Positions 36,955-49,400 of a stretch of 64,000 nucleotides of DNA are shown piece by piece. The notes under the pieces were generated by a model, which was not told where the DNA came from, searched no databases, and saw only the letters and a list, made by a program, of their open reading frames with translations. The stretch's first letter is position 1. Each line of letters begins with the position of its first letter. The position numbers were made by a program, and so were the translations under genes. The stretch is from assembly GCF_006345805.1 (NCBI RefSeq), contig NC_043010.1, positions 64,666,001 through 64,730,000 of the forward strand. The letters run 5' to 3'. The stretch is from Octopus sinensis. Taxonomy: Eukaryota.

Positions 36955-37075
36955 GAGGCGAAATGGCCCAGTGGTTAGGGCAGCGGACTCGCGGTCGTAG
37001 AATCGCGGTAGGGGGAGGGGGTTGGCGATCCCTGCTGACCTGCTCGCTTAGCCAGCGGAGTGGCGTCATTTGAAA
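36955..37075 (+). mobile_element. tRNA-derived SINE with internal deletion
   Basis: gaggcgaaatggcccagtggttagggcagcggactcgcggtcg (A box TGGCCCAGTGG). Confidence 0.8.
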
Positions 37076-37580
37076 GCGTTCTCACTGCTCATGATTTGGG
37101 TCACAAAAAATTTAATGAAATTTAGGAAGGTGACTGTGGAGATAGTGCAGCTTTATACTCATATTTGCTCCCAAATTTTGAATGTTCCCCAGCAAGTTGT
37201 CAACTATTTTGGCATATGTGGCTGCTTTCTTGTTGCGCGGAATGCCATTAACAACTATTAAAATGAATTTCATACTGTTGTTTCAATGCAAGTTATAGAG
37301 ATTGCAAAGTTCATATCTTCGATCATTTTTCTGATTTGAGATCTATCAAATACTCTAGGTTTATCATTTTCTTGATCAGACTGGGAAATGTGTTGCAGAT
37401 ACAATGAAAGTGTGGTCTATCGTTATCCAGAGCTTTAACAAACTGCTTCAAAATGCCAAGTATGAAACGGAATGGAGATAGGGTGATTTTACTCGGTTGA
37501 ACTAAAGGCTCTTTAAACACATTAATTGACCCTGGAACTAATGTTTGTTACGGCCATTTTTTCGTCACCCAATGTTTTTC
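37076..37580 (-). mobile_element. DNA transposase remnant (probably Chapaev3/CMC type; family name from memory)
   Basis: EPLVQPSKITLSPFRFILGILKQFVKALD resembles the EPLV..LPPLHIKLGLMKQFVKALD motif. Confidence 0.55.
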
Positions 37581-37659
37581 CTCTGGCTTTGCTGCCCAAC
37601 ATATGTAAGTTTCGTATAAAATTTTATATGCAAACAATGTATGTACGTATTTTTGAAAA

Positions 37660-37756
37660 ATACATATATACAGATAAACAAACAGACAGACAGGTGGGCA
37701 GATAGGCAGGCAATCAGGCAGGTAATCAGGCAGGCTGACAGACAGACTGACAGATG

Positions 37757-37824
<68 letters not shown>

Positions 37825-37957
37825 GATAGACAGATATATATATATATATAGATAAATAGGTAGAGAGATAGATAGATAGATAGATAGATAGATACATACA
37901 TACATACATACATACATACATACATACATACATACATACATACACATACATACATAC
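37660..37957. repeat. (GACA)/(GATA)n/(TACA)n compound microsatellite
   Basis: Direct reading; its edge supplies the gtatgt donor of the exon at 37958. Confidence 0.95.
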
Positions 37958-38033
37958 TTAGAGGATACAAGAATTGGAAATAAAACTGAAATTCCTTCGC
38001 TTTGTATTCAAGTGGAAAAAGCACTGTAAATAT
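37958..38033 (-). CDS. Probable first receptor PTP D2 exon
   Basis: ctaacacag|IFTVLFPLEYKAKEFQFYFQFLYPL+a|gtatgt; phase 0 to 1; joining gives YPLKNNRFTL with the PxxxxRVxL spacing of PTPs. Confidence 0.55.
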
Positions 38034-38510
38034 CTGTGTTAGTTAATTCCTACGAATTTATGCTGTAATTTACATAAGCCGATTGAAACGAAGATTTCAT
38101 GCTTCAAATAATATTATAGTTTAAGGCGTTTATCTTTATCAGTAAACAGCACCAGTTTTGTATGTGTTTAACTCAGAAACTATAACGAGAAAGGTGTCAA
38201 TGAATACTGCCATGCATTTATTATTTACTTTGTATATATTTATAACTTACCCTCTTTTAAGCAAAGTTCAATTCATGTATGTTCACTTTTGATTAATCAC
38301 ATCCTTGAAATTATATAGAAAATGGATGTCTAGTTTAAACAATACAAATATTAGATCCATACATTCACGGGAAATTAATTATATTTATGAAATATAAACT
38401 ATATAAGATTATGATGAAACAGGGTATTAAGGCATATCGATGGTTGATTTTTCTATTGATTTCAATAAGAATTGATCACGTCTTCAGTCGCAATTACATT
38501 TCCGGCTTAC

Positions 38511-38660
38511 CTGAAACTGATGCTCCAAAATTGATACTCTTGATGAATTATCAGTTTCCTTTATTCTAGAGAATTCTTCTGGAATGTTACTGACATCGAT
38601 GTCGTAATCTCCGGTGAGAATGTTCTCGACTAAAACATCATATATAAACTCCAACTGTAT
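38511..38660 (-). CDS. Receptor PTP D1 end and interdomain exon
   Basis: tttcttag|IQLEFIYDVLVENILTGDYDIDVSNIPEEFSRIKETDNSSRVSILEHQFQ|gtaagc; 150 bp. Confidence 0.9.
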
Positions 38661-39774
38661 CTAAGAAAAAGAAAAAGAGACGGATCAGTTTAAAATTGCA
38701 CGAACACTGTTGTCAGTAAACAATGGATTTTGATATAGATATCATTCATTATGTTTCGTAGTCACAAGTTTGGTAAAGAGAAGAGAACTCCTTTGTTTCA
38801 TGCAAATATTCTTTTGAAGGATGAAGTGATTAGGTGAGATCAATACAATTATTAGTTTGAACTGATATAAATCGTATTTAGACGTTACAAATTGAGGTTT
38901 GAATGAGAATGTAAGAAACGGTGTGGATTTGACGTTTTCCAACAATATATGTATCTGAAGATAGAGAAGGTCTTAAAAGTATTAAATAATGCCAGTATTT
39001 ATATACTACATAACGCGAATATCTTGTTAGAATACCGTGTTACTGTAGTATTTGCTCTGAAAGGTCATTCCATGCAGACACACGGTGCTAAAAGCACAGA
39101 CATATCGTTAGTAATCGTGATCTAGTAGCATGTGTGGCGGGTCCTTTTTCAGCAGCAGGCGCATGGCCATTACATGCCAGTCAATACATCAACGTTTGAT
39201 ATTAATACTGCTTCTGATTTAATGGTTTCTTTTTTCAAGTGTCAGCCGGCTAACTGAAATCTTAGTGACTTAGCAGTTACTATTTTTCGACATATATTGT
39301 TGGTAATGAGATTTGGCTGGTACACACTAAGCAGATCTCCTACTACTGAAATTATGTGATCTAGAATTTCCACGACTTATTCTTATCCATTGTCCTCTGC
39401 TAGCATTTCCACTACTACTTATCAATTGCACTGTGCTTTTAGCTCTGTACATATATTACAGGCTCTCTCTGAAGGTGAATATCGCAGTAATGTTGTTCTA
39501 ACAATACATCCTCCTTATTTAGAATATAAAGATTATCATTCGGTATAAATACTGCTTCCGTGGCTAGAAGTTATTTATTAACACACACGCGCGCTCTTAT
39601 TCTCTAGAGAGGATTATATGCAAAACAACAACCTTCAACAAACACTCAGTGTTCATGCATGACTTAATATAAAAACTAAAGTTGAAATATTTTACCGAGG
39701 CGCAATGTCTTTCCAATCCCATGGTCACCAGGCACATAATTTGTTGAGGAATTTAGTAGAATTCAAAAATATGT

Positions 39775-39911
39775 GTAAGTAGCTTGCTTACCAACTACAT
39801 AGTGTCGGTTTCAGTCCCACTGCGTTGCATCTTCGGCAAGTGTCTTTTACTATACCTTCGTACCCAATGCCTTGTGAGTGGATTTGGTAGATGGAAACTT
39901 AAAGAACTGTC

Positions 39912-39915
<4 letters not shown>
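39775..39915 (+). mobile_element. SINE with CORE-like domain, then (GT)n
   Basis: ttcagtcccactgcgttgcatcttcggcaagtgtctt..gtgagtggatttggtagatggaaac. Confidence 0.7.
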
Positions 39916-39966
<51 letters not shown>

Positions 39967-39998
39967 CGAATGAGAACCCAGGTTCGAAATTTCACCAA

Positions 39999-40044
39999 GA
40001 CACCTGATGAATGTTGCAGGGTATATCAGCCGAAACGTTGCGTT
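39999..40044 (+). ncRNA. Minimal hammerhead ribozyme within a Penelope pseudo-LTR-type repeat (about 39965-40135)
   Basis: gacac CTGATGA a tgttg..cagcc GAAACGT T gcgtt; intact core, palindromic ACGT stem III, mismatches in stems I and II. Confidence 0.65.
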
Positions 40045-40761
40045 AACAACAAAGAAGATGACGACAAATATCCGTCAAATGTAAATAATGTACAAAATTC
40101 CTCATCTCTTAAATACAGAACTGAAAATTATCGTATTTTATGAGAGATAAATTTGTTTCAGGGATTATATGTGTCTTGATGGTAACTGTCTCAACTCAAA
40201 ACAAACTATGGAATTGTAGCAATAGTTATGTTCTATACTCTCATAACAGCTATAACTGAAGAACGACTCACTCACAAATACTTCAGAATTTCTGTGCTGC
40301 TTCCTCTGTTGATTCTGACGATAAGCAACTGACTTCCAACAATAAAATTAGAGTAAACGTAATGGTATTCCACAGACACATGCACTCTTAATATAAATCC
40401 CAGTGGGTCACAACGCCACAAGACTGGAATTTTGATTGGAAAGCACAAACTAGTGAAAAAGAGAGGGAGAAAGAGAAAGAGAGAAATGTGAGGGTTAAAA
40501 AAAGATTAAATCTCAACACCAAACAGGTACTTTTGAAATAAGAGTGCAGAGGCAATTACGAATCCTGCAAGCCATTTTCCCTGGTATTGGAAATTTCTGC
40601 CAGTTCACCGCCTCTCAAGAAATAGCCAAATTATAGAAGATAACAGCAATGACCATTGCCGCTGAAAGAAGATGAAAGCAAGCCCATAAAAGGGAGAGTC
40701 CCTGAGAGTTACAAGCTATTAGACTAAGTATTTTTTCTTATTTACGTTGTCATTAACTCAC

Positions 40762-40897
40762 CCTTTTCTGGACCATATGCATCCTCTCCTCCCGAAGCTT
40801 CGTAACACATGCCAATACATCAATAGCTTCACCACTCAACATTTCATTGAGAAGAATGTCAATGCAAATGTAAGTTCCGGTACGACCGACACCAGCA
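40762..40897 (-). CDS. Receptor PTP D1 catalytic exon
   Basis: ttctttcag|(S)AGVGRTGTYICIDILLNEMLSGEAIDVLACVTKLRERRMHMVQKR|gtgagt; 136 bp, phase 2 to 0. Confidence 0.96.
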
Positions 40898-41831
40898 CTG
40901 AAAGAAGGGTCAAGGACAATAAAATGTCTATGATTGCTTCCAACAATTTAATGAATAACAAAATAAATACATGGATTAGGCTTAGAGAACATAAACCAGT
41001 TATTTTGGTTTACTCAAGAGTAGGGAAATAGAAGAGTTGAATGTTAGTAGAAATGGGATCCTAAATTTGCAGTAATGTACCTAGCACTATATTTCGTACC
41101 ATCAGCCAAAACAGTTTTAAAATAAATTTTTCTATAGGGGTGAAAACAATCATTATCAACATCACAGATTCTTCTGACTTATGACAATGTTAGTTAAAGT
41201 TTCTTGACTCACTACATCACATATACCTACATTATTATGACCTAGGAGGCAACCCTTGGTAATTTCTCTGCGATTGTTTCTATTTCTTAAACTATCTCGG
41301 TTTGTAGATTTGACCTCTTTGTTGACGTGATGTTATGAGTTAAAATGTTTTCTTTGATTAAACGTAAGTTGATTCTGAAAACTTTATAAATGTTATTGTT
41401 AAACAAAAGGTGGCATACGTAGTAACAGTTTTCAGAACACCATTTGGTTCAGTTTAGGCAAAATATTCGTGGAATCTTACACCTTAGGAATATATTTTTA
41501 CTACAAAGCACAGTGAATAATAACAAAACATTTCAAACTTTTAAGATGATGTTATTAAAACACAGACAACTAAACAACCGCACATTCATAAGCATTATTT
41601 TTATTTCTCGCTTCTCAAATGAGTAGTATGAAATATAAACAACGCTACGTGGGTATATTTACAGACAGCTTCAAATTCATCTCTGCCTGTATTGATCCTC
41701 TTTCAGAAATTGGGAAAAGAGAAGCAACATATCATTCTATACAGAGTATAAATTATGCTTATTATAAATATAATTTTATCTATATAAATATATAAAATAT
41801 AAATCAGGTTTAAATAATTATAGTTACAAAC

Positions 41832-41977
41832 CTGCAATGTACGACCACAGGGTATTTTATATCCATGCTCTTAATAGCATGTATAAAGTTTAATATATAT
41901 TCTGCATGTTGTGGAATGTCATGATCTGGCCATTTTCTAAAGAAGAATTGATCGATTGTCCAACTTTCATTTTCATT
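41832..41977 (-). CDS. Receptor PTP D1 WPD-loop exon
   Basis: tttctcag|NENESWTIDQFFFRKWPDHDIPQHAEYILNFIHAIKSMDIKYPVVVHC+ag|gtttgt; 146 bp; completes HCSAGVGRTG with the next exon. Confidence 0.95.
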
Positions 41978-42689
41978 CTGAGAAACACCTGTCTGTAAAT
42001 AAACATCAGTCTGTAAATAAAACGAAAAAATGTTTGAAAAGAATTGTGATGCGCGAATATAATGAAGCACATATAAAGCAACATAATACTGTTGTAATAT
42101 ACTTTTTAATGATGTTACTTTTGAGAGTTTTTTATTATTAAACACCAACCAAATCGTTTCATACCTCGATAACATTTTCAAAACGAAATAATATATTTCT
42201 GATTAAATGTAAACTTTAAACTATATTAGTGCTTGCATCAATGAGAAAAATCGGACCTACAACCTAAAACGAGGGAACATTTAAGCAATCACTCAAGCAT
42301 CTAGAAAAAGCAGCTAACTCAATCAAATCAAATTGCAGAATCTATAAATAAAACATTGAGTAGCGTAGTGGTGGATATACAAAAGGCAGGGTAGTGAATG
42401 CTTGAATGTCTGTCATGATCAAAGGTTGACCTTATCCGAAGCAATGCCCTAGTCCGAAGCAATGCCAATGTAGAATAATTATGAATATATCAGAGATGCT
42501 ATTATATTAATTAAAAGATAAAATCTGATTGCTGTTACCGCTATGTGTCATTGGAATGTTATAAATAAGTCTTTGAATGTGTAACTATTTATCAAATAGT
42601 CCCGTCCGAAGAAGACTTTCGGGAGAAATGACTAGTGTGTATATAATTTTGTCGACCTGTCTATCGGATATTGTTGTACATCGCTGGTC

Positions 42690-42915
42690 ACAGTTTTGAT
42701 GCTGATATTCTTCTACATTTTAAATGATACCAGCCAAACTGTCTAGGCCGCAGGCAAACGTAACTCTTCCGTAGTCTGTCACAGGGTTCATTATTTAATG
42801 CCCAGCAGAGAGAAGCAAGTGAAATTATGTTTTGTTCAAAAATACACTCAGGACCGGTCTGGGAATCAAAATCACTATAACGCGATCGTGAGTGCTCTAA
42901 GCCACTCAACCTGCA
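42690..42915 (-). mobile_element. Diverged tRNA-derived SINE
   Basis: Minus strand gagtggcttagagcactcacgatcgc..gattcccagaccgg head. Confidence 0.65.
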
Positions 42916-43160
42916 CACACACACGTACCCACCGACCCACACACACAGACACACACAGACACACACACTCACACATGCTCGCACTCACACACGCACACAC
43001 TCACACACATTCACATGTAAACACACAGGCATACGCGCGCACAAACACACACACAGGCACACGCACACTCACATACGCACACGATCACACACATACACAT
43101 ATATACATATATTTATATACACGTATACATATATGTTTGTGCGCGTGTTTGTGTGCACAT
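42915..43160. repeat. Degenerate (CA)n tract
   Basis: Direct reading. Confidence 0.9.
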
Positions 43161-44544
43161 ACGAGTGCTAGTGTAAAATTATGTTAACTGTTTGTTAGAG
43201 AATAAAACGAAAAACAAATTAATTCTGTGATCATTGCTTTCAATTCCTTTTCTTTCATTGACCGGTTTGTCCAGAAAGTTTTAACCGTTTATTCATTTCA
43301 GTAAATCGTTGACTTCAGTCTGCGACTATCATTAAATAGTTGATTAGATTTAGCAATATTTTGGTTCATCTCATGAACAATTAAAAAAATCACAAAATTT
43401 TGAAGTTGCAGTTACTCTAGAATTTTCCTCAGTTTGTTGCTTATGTTTCCTCATACATTCACAAAGTAAGTTGCCGTTTGACAGTGGAATTTCTTTTTAC
43501 TCTATAGGGTAGATTATACAATATAACAGATTCTTGTTTTTATACTTCATGGAAACATTTATTTGGAGAGAAAACCCACTTGTAATAGGTGTCATTATAG
43601 AACACTGTACAATGGAAACAAGCACAGTTTAAACACGATAAGCACGTTATTTTCTTTATTATTTTCATGTCAAAATAAATGTTGTCCACAAAGAATTATA
43701 TACTATTTGAATGCTTTTGATGTGGACTTCCTTCTCATATAGTTTTAATTACAATCCGACAGTTACATATAATGTCAGTGTGTCTTAAGCACTCTTGGAT
43801 TTTCATGTATTCTCAAAGTATGTTCCGGCTTTTTCTTTATTTGTTGAATGGCAGCCATCGCTCTAGCTCAATGCGCTCATGTGCCATAACTCAGGTTTTG
43901 TTTAAAATTATAATTGCAAGTCGATTAATATTTTAGCCTTATTTTGATATAAAACTTGATGGTAGTAGGTCAGATCATCGTTAAGAATAAAAAATTAAAT
44001 ATTTTATCATCACTTTTCATTGAGAAAATAGCATAATTTCTTTAAGGTTGTAATACCATCAGAATGAAATTTCTTACTAAATCATCGTGGTCATTGCCGA
44101 TCCTGGCAAAGTATGACGAAAAAGCGCAAAGTGAAAAATGAGGACTGCGTACTGACATTTTTTTTTTCTTACAATTAAAAAATATTGATGCTATTCTCGA
44201 AACTGATAGTGAAAGGTCATACGCAAGACGAATTCATGGACTGAAATATCGATTTTGATTCACAGTTTCAAGAAACGAACAAATTAATTGTTAAGGAAAC
44301 ATTTCTACGAGAATTCGCACTAAATTGAGTTAAATAGAGCCTTTAGAGTCCCAAATTAACATGTAATCGTCATACTGATAATGTTGTTTATTCCCTATCG
44401 ATGTGAACTGAGCGACGTATGAATTCTACCTCTCGCATATTCTTGTACAAGTTAGTTTCTTATTTCTTATAGTAATATTGATTTATTTTGTCAATAAAAA
44501 TTATATTGTGCAATGAATATGTTATTCTATTAAAATCCGATGTA

Positions 44545-44845
44545 TGTTGTTGTTTGTTCCTTGTCGAGCCATGCCTGGCTCATAAGAGCTGGTTTCCTTG
44601 TTTCATTGGCGTATATGTTCCCCAGTTGGATGACACACCGGTCCGTTACAGGTGAGCTGCTAACTGCAACAGTAAAAAGTTTGGGAAGGTTGTGGCGAAT
44701 GAGTCAGCAAATGTTCGCCATTACTTTCTGCCGAAACCATGTGGAGCTTAGGTGTTTCGCTCATAAACACATATATCTGAGATTCGAATCCGGGATCTTT
44801 CGACCGCGACTCCACTACCCTAACCACTAGGCCATGTTCCTCCAT
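44545..44845 (-). mobile_element. tRNA-derived SINE
   Basis: Minus strand ggaggaacatggcctagtggttagggtagtggagtcgcggtcgaaagatcccggattcgaatc (A and B boxes). Confidence 0.8.
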
Positions 44846-45691
44846 TAAATCCGATGTGATATTTTTGAATTTTTTTCCTCAATTTGAATACAGTCGGATT
44901 TTTTTATCATAACGTTTACATTTTAACAGGTGTTGATATACACTTTTATATTTTGTAACGATTATCTGACCTACCACTATCGATATTTATATCAAAATAA
45001 ACCTAAAACATTGCTCTACATGCATGCGTAACTATTGACAGAACTTAAGTTATAGCGCTCACGCTCATTGAACTAGATTGAGGGCTACTGGTCAGAAGTA
45101 AAAAAAAAAGAAAGAAATACGGGATAAACTTTGTATATGGGTGGAAATACCAGGGCGTTCGGGGGACTCTGATATCTTAAGTAAGTGTCAGATTTTGATT
45201 TAAAATACATAAGAACAAAGTTCACATCCCGAACGTTCAAATGATATATAATGTTTCAAAGGAAATAGGTATTTTATCATGAAAACGACGTTGCCAAATT
45301 ATATCTGTGTCTCTCTCTCCTCGGATCTCTCCAACGATACTTACTAAATTTATTGTAAGGCTCCAAACTTAGAGAAGATTCAGTTTTATACCCCGTACCA
45401 ATGTATCAAACTGAGCCCCCTTTAGGTCGCTACATAACTGAATTTCATGTCTCAATATACATGAAATGCTTGCGATATGCATTAGAAAGTCGTAATGGCA
45501 TGTTTTAGAAACAGCAGCTAAGCCTCCTTTAAATAAAATCGTTTTTCGTCTCAAAATATTTTCATAATTTTCTTCCTAATATAAAGTCTTCTCCAAGTAT
45601 CCGTTATCTCAGAATTGTATTGTTTTATGTGGATATCTAAAAATAGTAGGTTACTATAAATGAATTCTACGGTGAATTCCTGAATCAATAA

Positions 45692-45791
45692 NNNNNNNNN
45701 NNNNNNNNNNNNNNNNNNNNNNNNNNNNNNNNNNNNNNNNNNNNNNNNNNNNNNNNNNNNNNNNNNNNNNNNNNNNNNNNNNNNNNNNNNN
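45692..45791. other. Assembly gap (100 N placeholder)
   Basis: Run of N. Confidence 1.
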
Positions 45792-45908
45792 TAGCATGAA
45801 CCCAAAAAAGAAATATCATACTATACTGCCACATTGGGTGTAATCTTCGATGTTCTTTATGGGTCGTTATAACTGCCTTTGCAACAATTAATCAATATTC
45901 TTACTTAC

Positions 45909-46063
45909 CTGAGTGTATGGCAAAATTTTTATGAAAATGCTCTCGTTAGTTTGATGGGTTCTTAGCATGTTACTTAGTTTTAAAACATCGGCACATGATG
46001 GATAATTTTCATCCACCCATATGGTAACCAGGAAGTGAATGATCTCATATCTTCGATCCTCGA
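45909..46063 (-). pseudogene. Indel-damaged copy of PTP exon 18709-18860
   Basis: Acceptor AG lost and several small indels; neighbouring homopolymer deletions look like contig-edge errors. Confidence 0.75.
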
Positions 46064-46403
46064 ATAATATGAAAACAGAAATAATGAACATAATGTGAAT
46101 CAAAGCGAAAGAAAACGAAAGAAAATGCTTAGGTTATATTTTCTGGTTTGGTTAAGTCGCATTTGTTAGAGTTTGATTAAAACCGAATAGATTAAACCGC
46201 ATTTGTTAGAGAATGTGAGGAATGAAAGGCCAATGATAATAGAGTTATAGGTAGTTGTAAGTTATGATTACCAATCAGCTTATTGAATGCTATATAATAG
46301 TTCAATAACATAAGTTTACTAGATTATTGTATTTATCCTTAATAATGATGATTGATGATGATGATGATGATGATATGATGATGATGATGATGATGATGAT
46401 AAT

Positions 46404-49400
46404 ATCAGCTGCGGAGAACTGAATACTGGGTTTAGTGTCCAGAGCAGGATAGCCTACTTAAACTTCTCAGGGAAGAAGGGCCCCTTTTAGTCTTTTTATA
46501 CAAGCCCCTCTAGAGATGGTGTCTCAATAAAAATACTGCTGGTTGCGACACGTTATCAAAACTTTCCTCTGCATGTAAATGAGGACGGAAATACAAGTGA
46601 CGGAATTTCGCCCAGCAGGTGCCCTGTGAGTGAGCAACACAGAACCGGTCGTCATTATACGTTTGCTGGAACAAAATGGTCTAAGACGATGAATATAGAC
46701 TTCATGGAATGTTATTTTTTTAATAGACCTAGTGATAATGAAGGGAGCTCCATCAGAGGATATAGAAAAAGAGTGCATAAATTATGGATGGAGAAGCAGG
46801 GGTCAACATTACGAAACAGAGACTCTGTGACCATGCAAGAGCAATGAAATGAAAGGATGGCTGACAGTACTAGAGCTTGATGAGATTAGGAGGTGGGTGA
46901 TAACCAAAAACATGGGGAGCGATGCAAAAGTAGATACAAAGAATGCTGACGATGCTGCACTTAATGAGAGTAACCGAGAGAAGTATAATGTTTCCAGCCC
47001 TGAGTGTAGAGAAAGACTAAATAATGAAGACAAGAGAATGATTGAAGAAATTACCAGTATCATTGAGGAAAACCTGGATATGAAATAAGTATTCAGGAAT
47101 GTAGATAGAAATTTGCTCAGACGGTGGACCCTTAAGGTGAATAAAATACTGAAAGAAATCAAGACGAATAATATAACCGGAATGAATATATTGATTAAAG
47201 CTTGCATCATCTATATAGGAAATTCAGTAGGCCTCGAACCAAACCGTAAATGTGGGAACGAAGGAAAAGAACATTGATGGAAAAGAAGAATAAAATAATC
47301 AATGAACGAACTGTGAAGAAATATCAACATCTTGTAACGAAAGAAAAACAAAAGTGAAATCAAGAGGAAAAGAAATATGAGAAGCTAAAGCATAGATATA
47401 GGATAAAGAAAAAGGAGCTAAACGAAATCCTTGAAGAGCTGGAACTAAGATTGCAGGCTAAAGCAACAAAGATCAAGAGATATGACCAAAGAATTGAACA
47501 ATATAAAATCAACAGATCGTTCCAACGGGAGAGAAAAAGGGTTTATCAACAGCTGAATGGAAAGGTTTACAGCAGTGAAAGACCAGACGCTAAAGAAAGT
47601 AAAAGGTCTTAGAGTAACATCTGGGATAATGGAAGAAATCATAACAAAGTTGCTAAATGGTTGAAGGAATTAAGGTCGGAAAAATATGAAGTGAAACAGC
47701 ACTATAAGAATAACGACTGAAAATGGTAACCGGACAGACAACAAAGATCCCAAACTGGAAGTGCCCAGGACTAGATGGGAAACAAAGATATTGGCTGCAA
47801 AATTTCCCAGCACTACACAGAAGAGTAGCCATGCAAATGGATAAGATGATCAACAACGGTGTACAAATCCCAAAGTGGCTGACCAAATGTAAAACAATTC
47901 TTTGCCAAAAGGATCCCAGAAAAAGCAATGCAGTTGATAGTTACCTGTCTGCCCCTGGTGAGGACGCAGATGACAGGAATAATACCTAATTATGTGCATA
48001 ACTGCATGGAAATGAATGACAAAATGCCAGTGGAGCAGAAAGGATGCAGAAGAAAAGCCGAGAGACAAAGAACTAACTTCTGATAGATAGAATGGTACTG
48101 AGCGACTGCAAGAAAAGATTTACTAATCTGGGCATGGTGTGGATTGAGTATACGAAAGCGTATGACATGGTCCCCATTCCTAGATTTTAGAAAGTCTTGA
48201 ACTACTACAGGTGTCTGATAATATATCAAATTATATTAGGAGGTCAAGGAAAACTGGAATGAAAAGTTAACTTCATGTGGAAAACGTTTGGCGACGGGTA
48301 ACGTCAAGAGAGGCATATTTCAAGGAGATGACCTACCATCATTCCTTTTTGTGATTTGTATGATACCCTTCACATAGATACTATGGTAAGTGACATCAGG
48401 ATACACCTTTAAAGGGGAGGAAAATTAAATCATCTGTTATATATATGGATGATTTAAAGATCTTTGGAAAGACCGAACGTCAAATAAACGACCTAGTTTC
48501 AACGGCGCAGATATTCAGTAAGGATATCGGAATGGAATTTGGGGCTAAAAAGTATGGTATGCTTATAATGCAAAGAGGCAAGTAATCCGGCAAGAAAATG
48601 ATATTGATACTAATGGCTATAAATAATCTGGGGATTTTAAAATACAACAAAATCAAGGAAAGTGAAATGAAGGAAAGCTTTAGGTAAGAATATCTCAAAT
48701 TAATTATGGAAAGTAGACTCAATGGAAAAAATTAAAATCGGGGTAATGAACATAAGGCACAAAGAGATACGGCTCAGGTGATGTTAGGTGGATAAAGAAT
48801 GATCTTGATGAAATAGACAGTAAAACCAGGAAAGTGATGACAACAAGGAACTATACCCCAAAAGCAATAATGACAGAGTGTATGTGCCTAGAAACGGAAG
48901 GAAGAAGTCTCATAGGATACAAGACCTGTGTTATCAACGAGATGGGATGGTACATCAATCAGCAAAGTGAATTCTTGCTTGCCGCTGTTAGAATTAACAA
49001 TATAATACCTACCGAAAATTTATGAAGCAAGATGAAGAAGAAAGTGTAAACAACTGGAAAATGTAACAACCACATGGGCAATACTTCAGGGAAATCGAAA
49101 GAAAAAAAAGATCCACCCTTAGAGATGGTTAAGGAAAAGTGATCTGCAGCAAGGTGGAGCGAAACAATTACTTTTTGCACAGATTTTTGAAACATACTTT
49201 TATTACGAAATCCATCCATTAAAACAGTTGTGTTAAAATCTGATATTCTTAAAATTACGACTTTACGATGGCACATTTTTTCTATTTTTCACAGATTTCA
49301 GTAATGCTTGATAAATGTTTAAGATTTTCGGCTTAACTGACTCAATCGTAACTTAAAGGATAGATGCCTTTTGCCAAAGAAGAATGATTTTTGCTGCTAC

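Larger units (their letters stand above)
18591..38017 (+). repeat. Copy 1 of a ~19-kb segment repeated at 45792-64000
   Basis: Colinear near-identity of all features; differs by SNPs, microsatellite lengths and indels. Confidence 0.97.

Noticed and set aside
36955-37010. tRNA-like heads (also 44790-44845 and 42860-42915) as tRNA genes
   Set aside because: No complete cloverleaf; they continue into SINE bodies
42435-42466. 14-bp direct repeat tccgaagcaatgcc x2 (CRISPR-like?)
   Set aside because: Only two units with a 4-nt spacer; a local slippage duplication in eukaryotic DNA
42000-45691. Search for the upstream D1 (YWP) exon
   Set aside because: No credible exon found by eye; it probably lies beyond the gap or the window
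45560-45691. Minus-strand FTVEF..LLFLDIHIK, Penelope RT-like fragment at the gap edge
   Set aside because: Too short, and at an error-prone contig end
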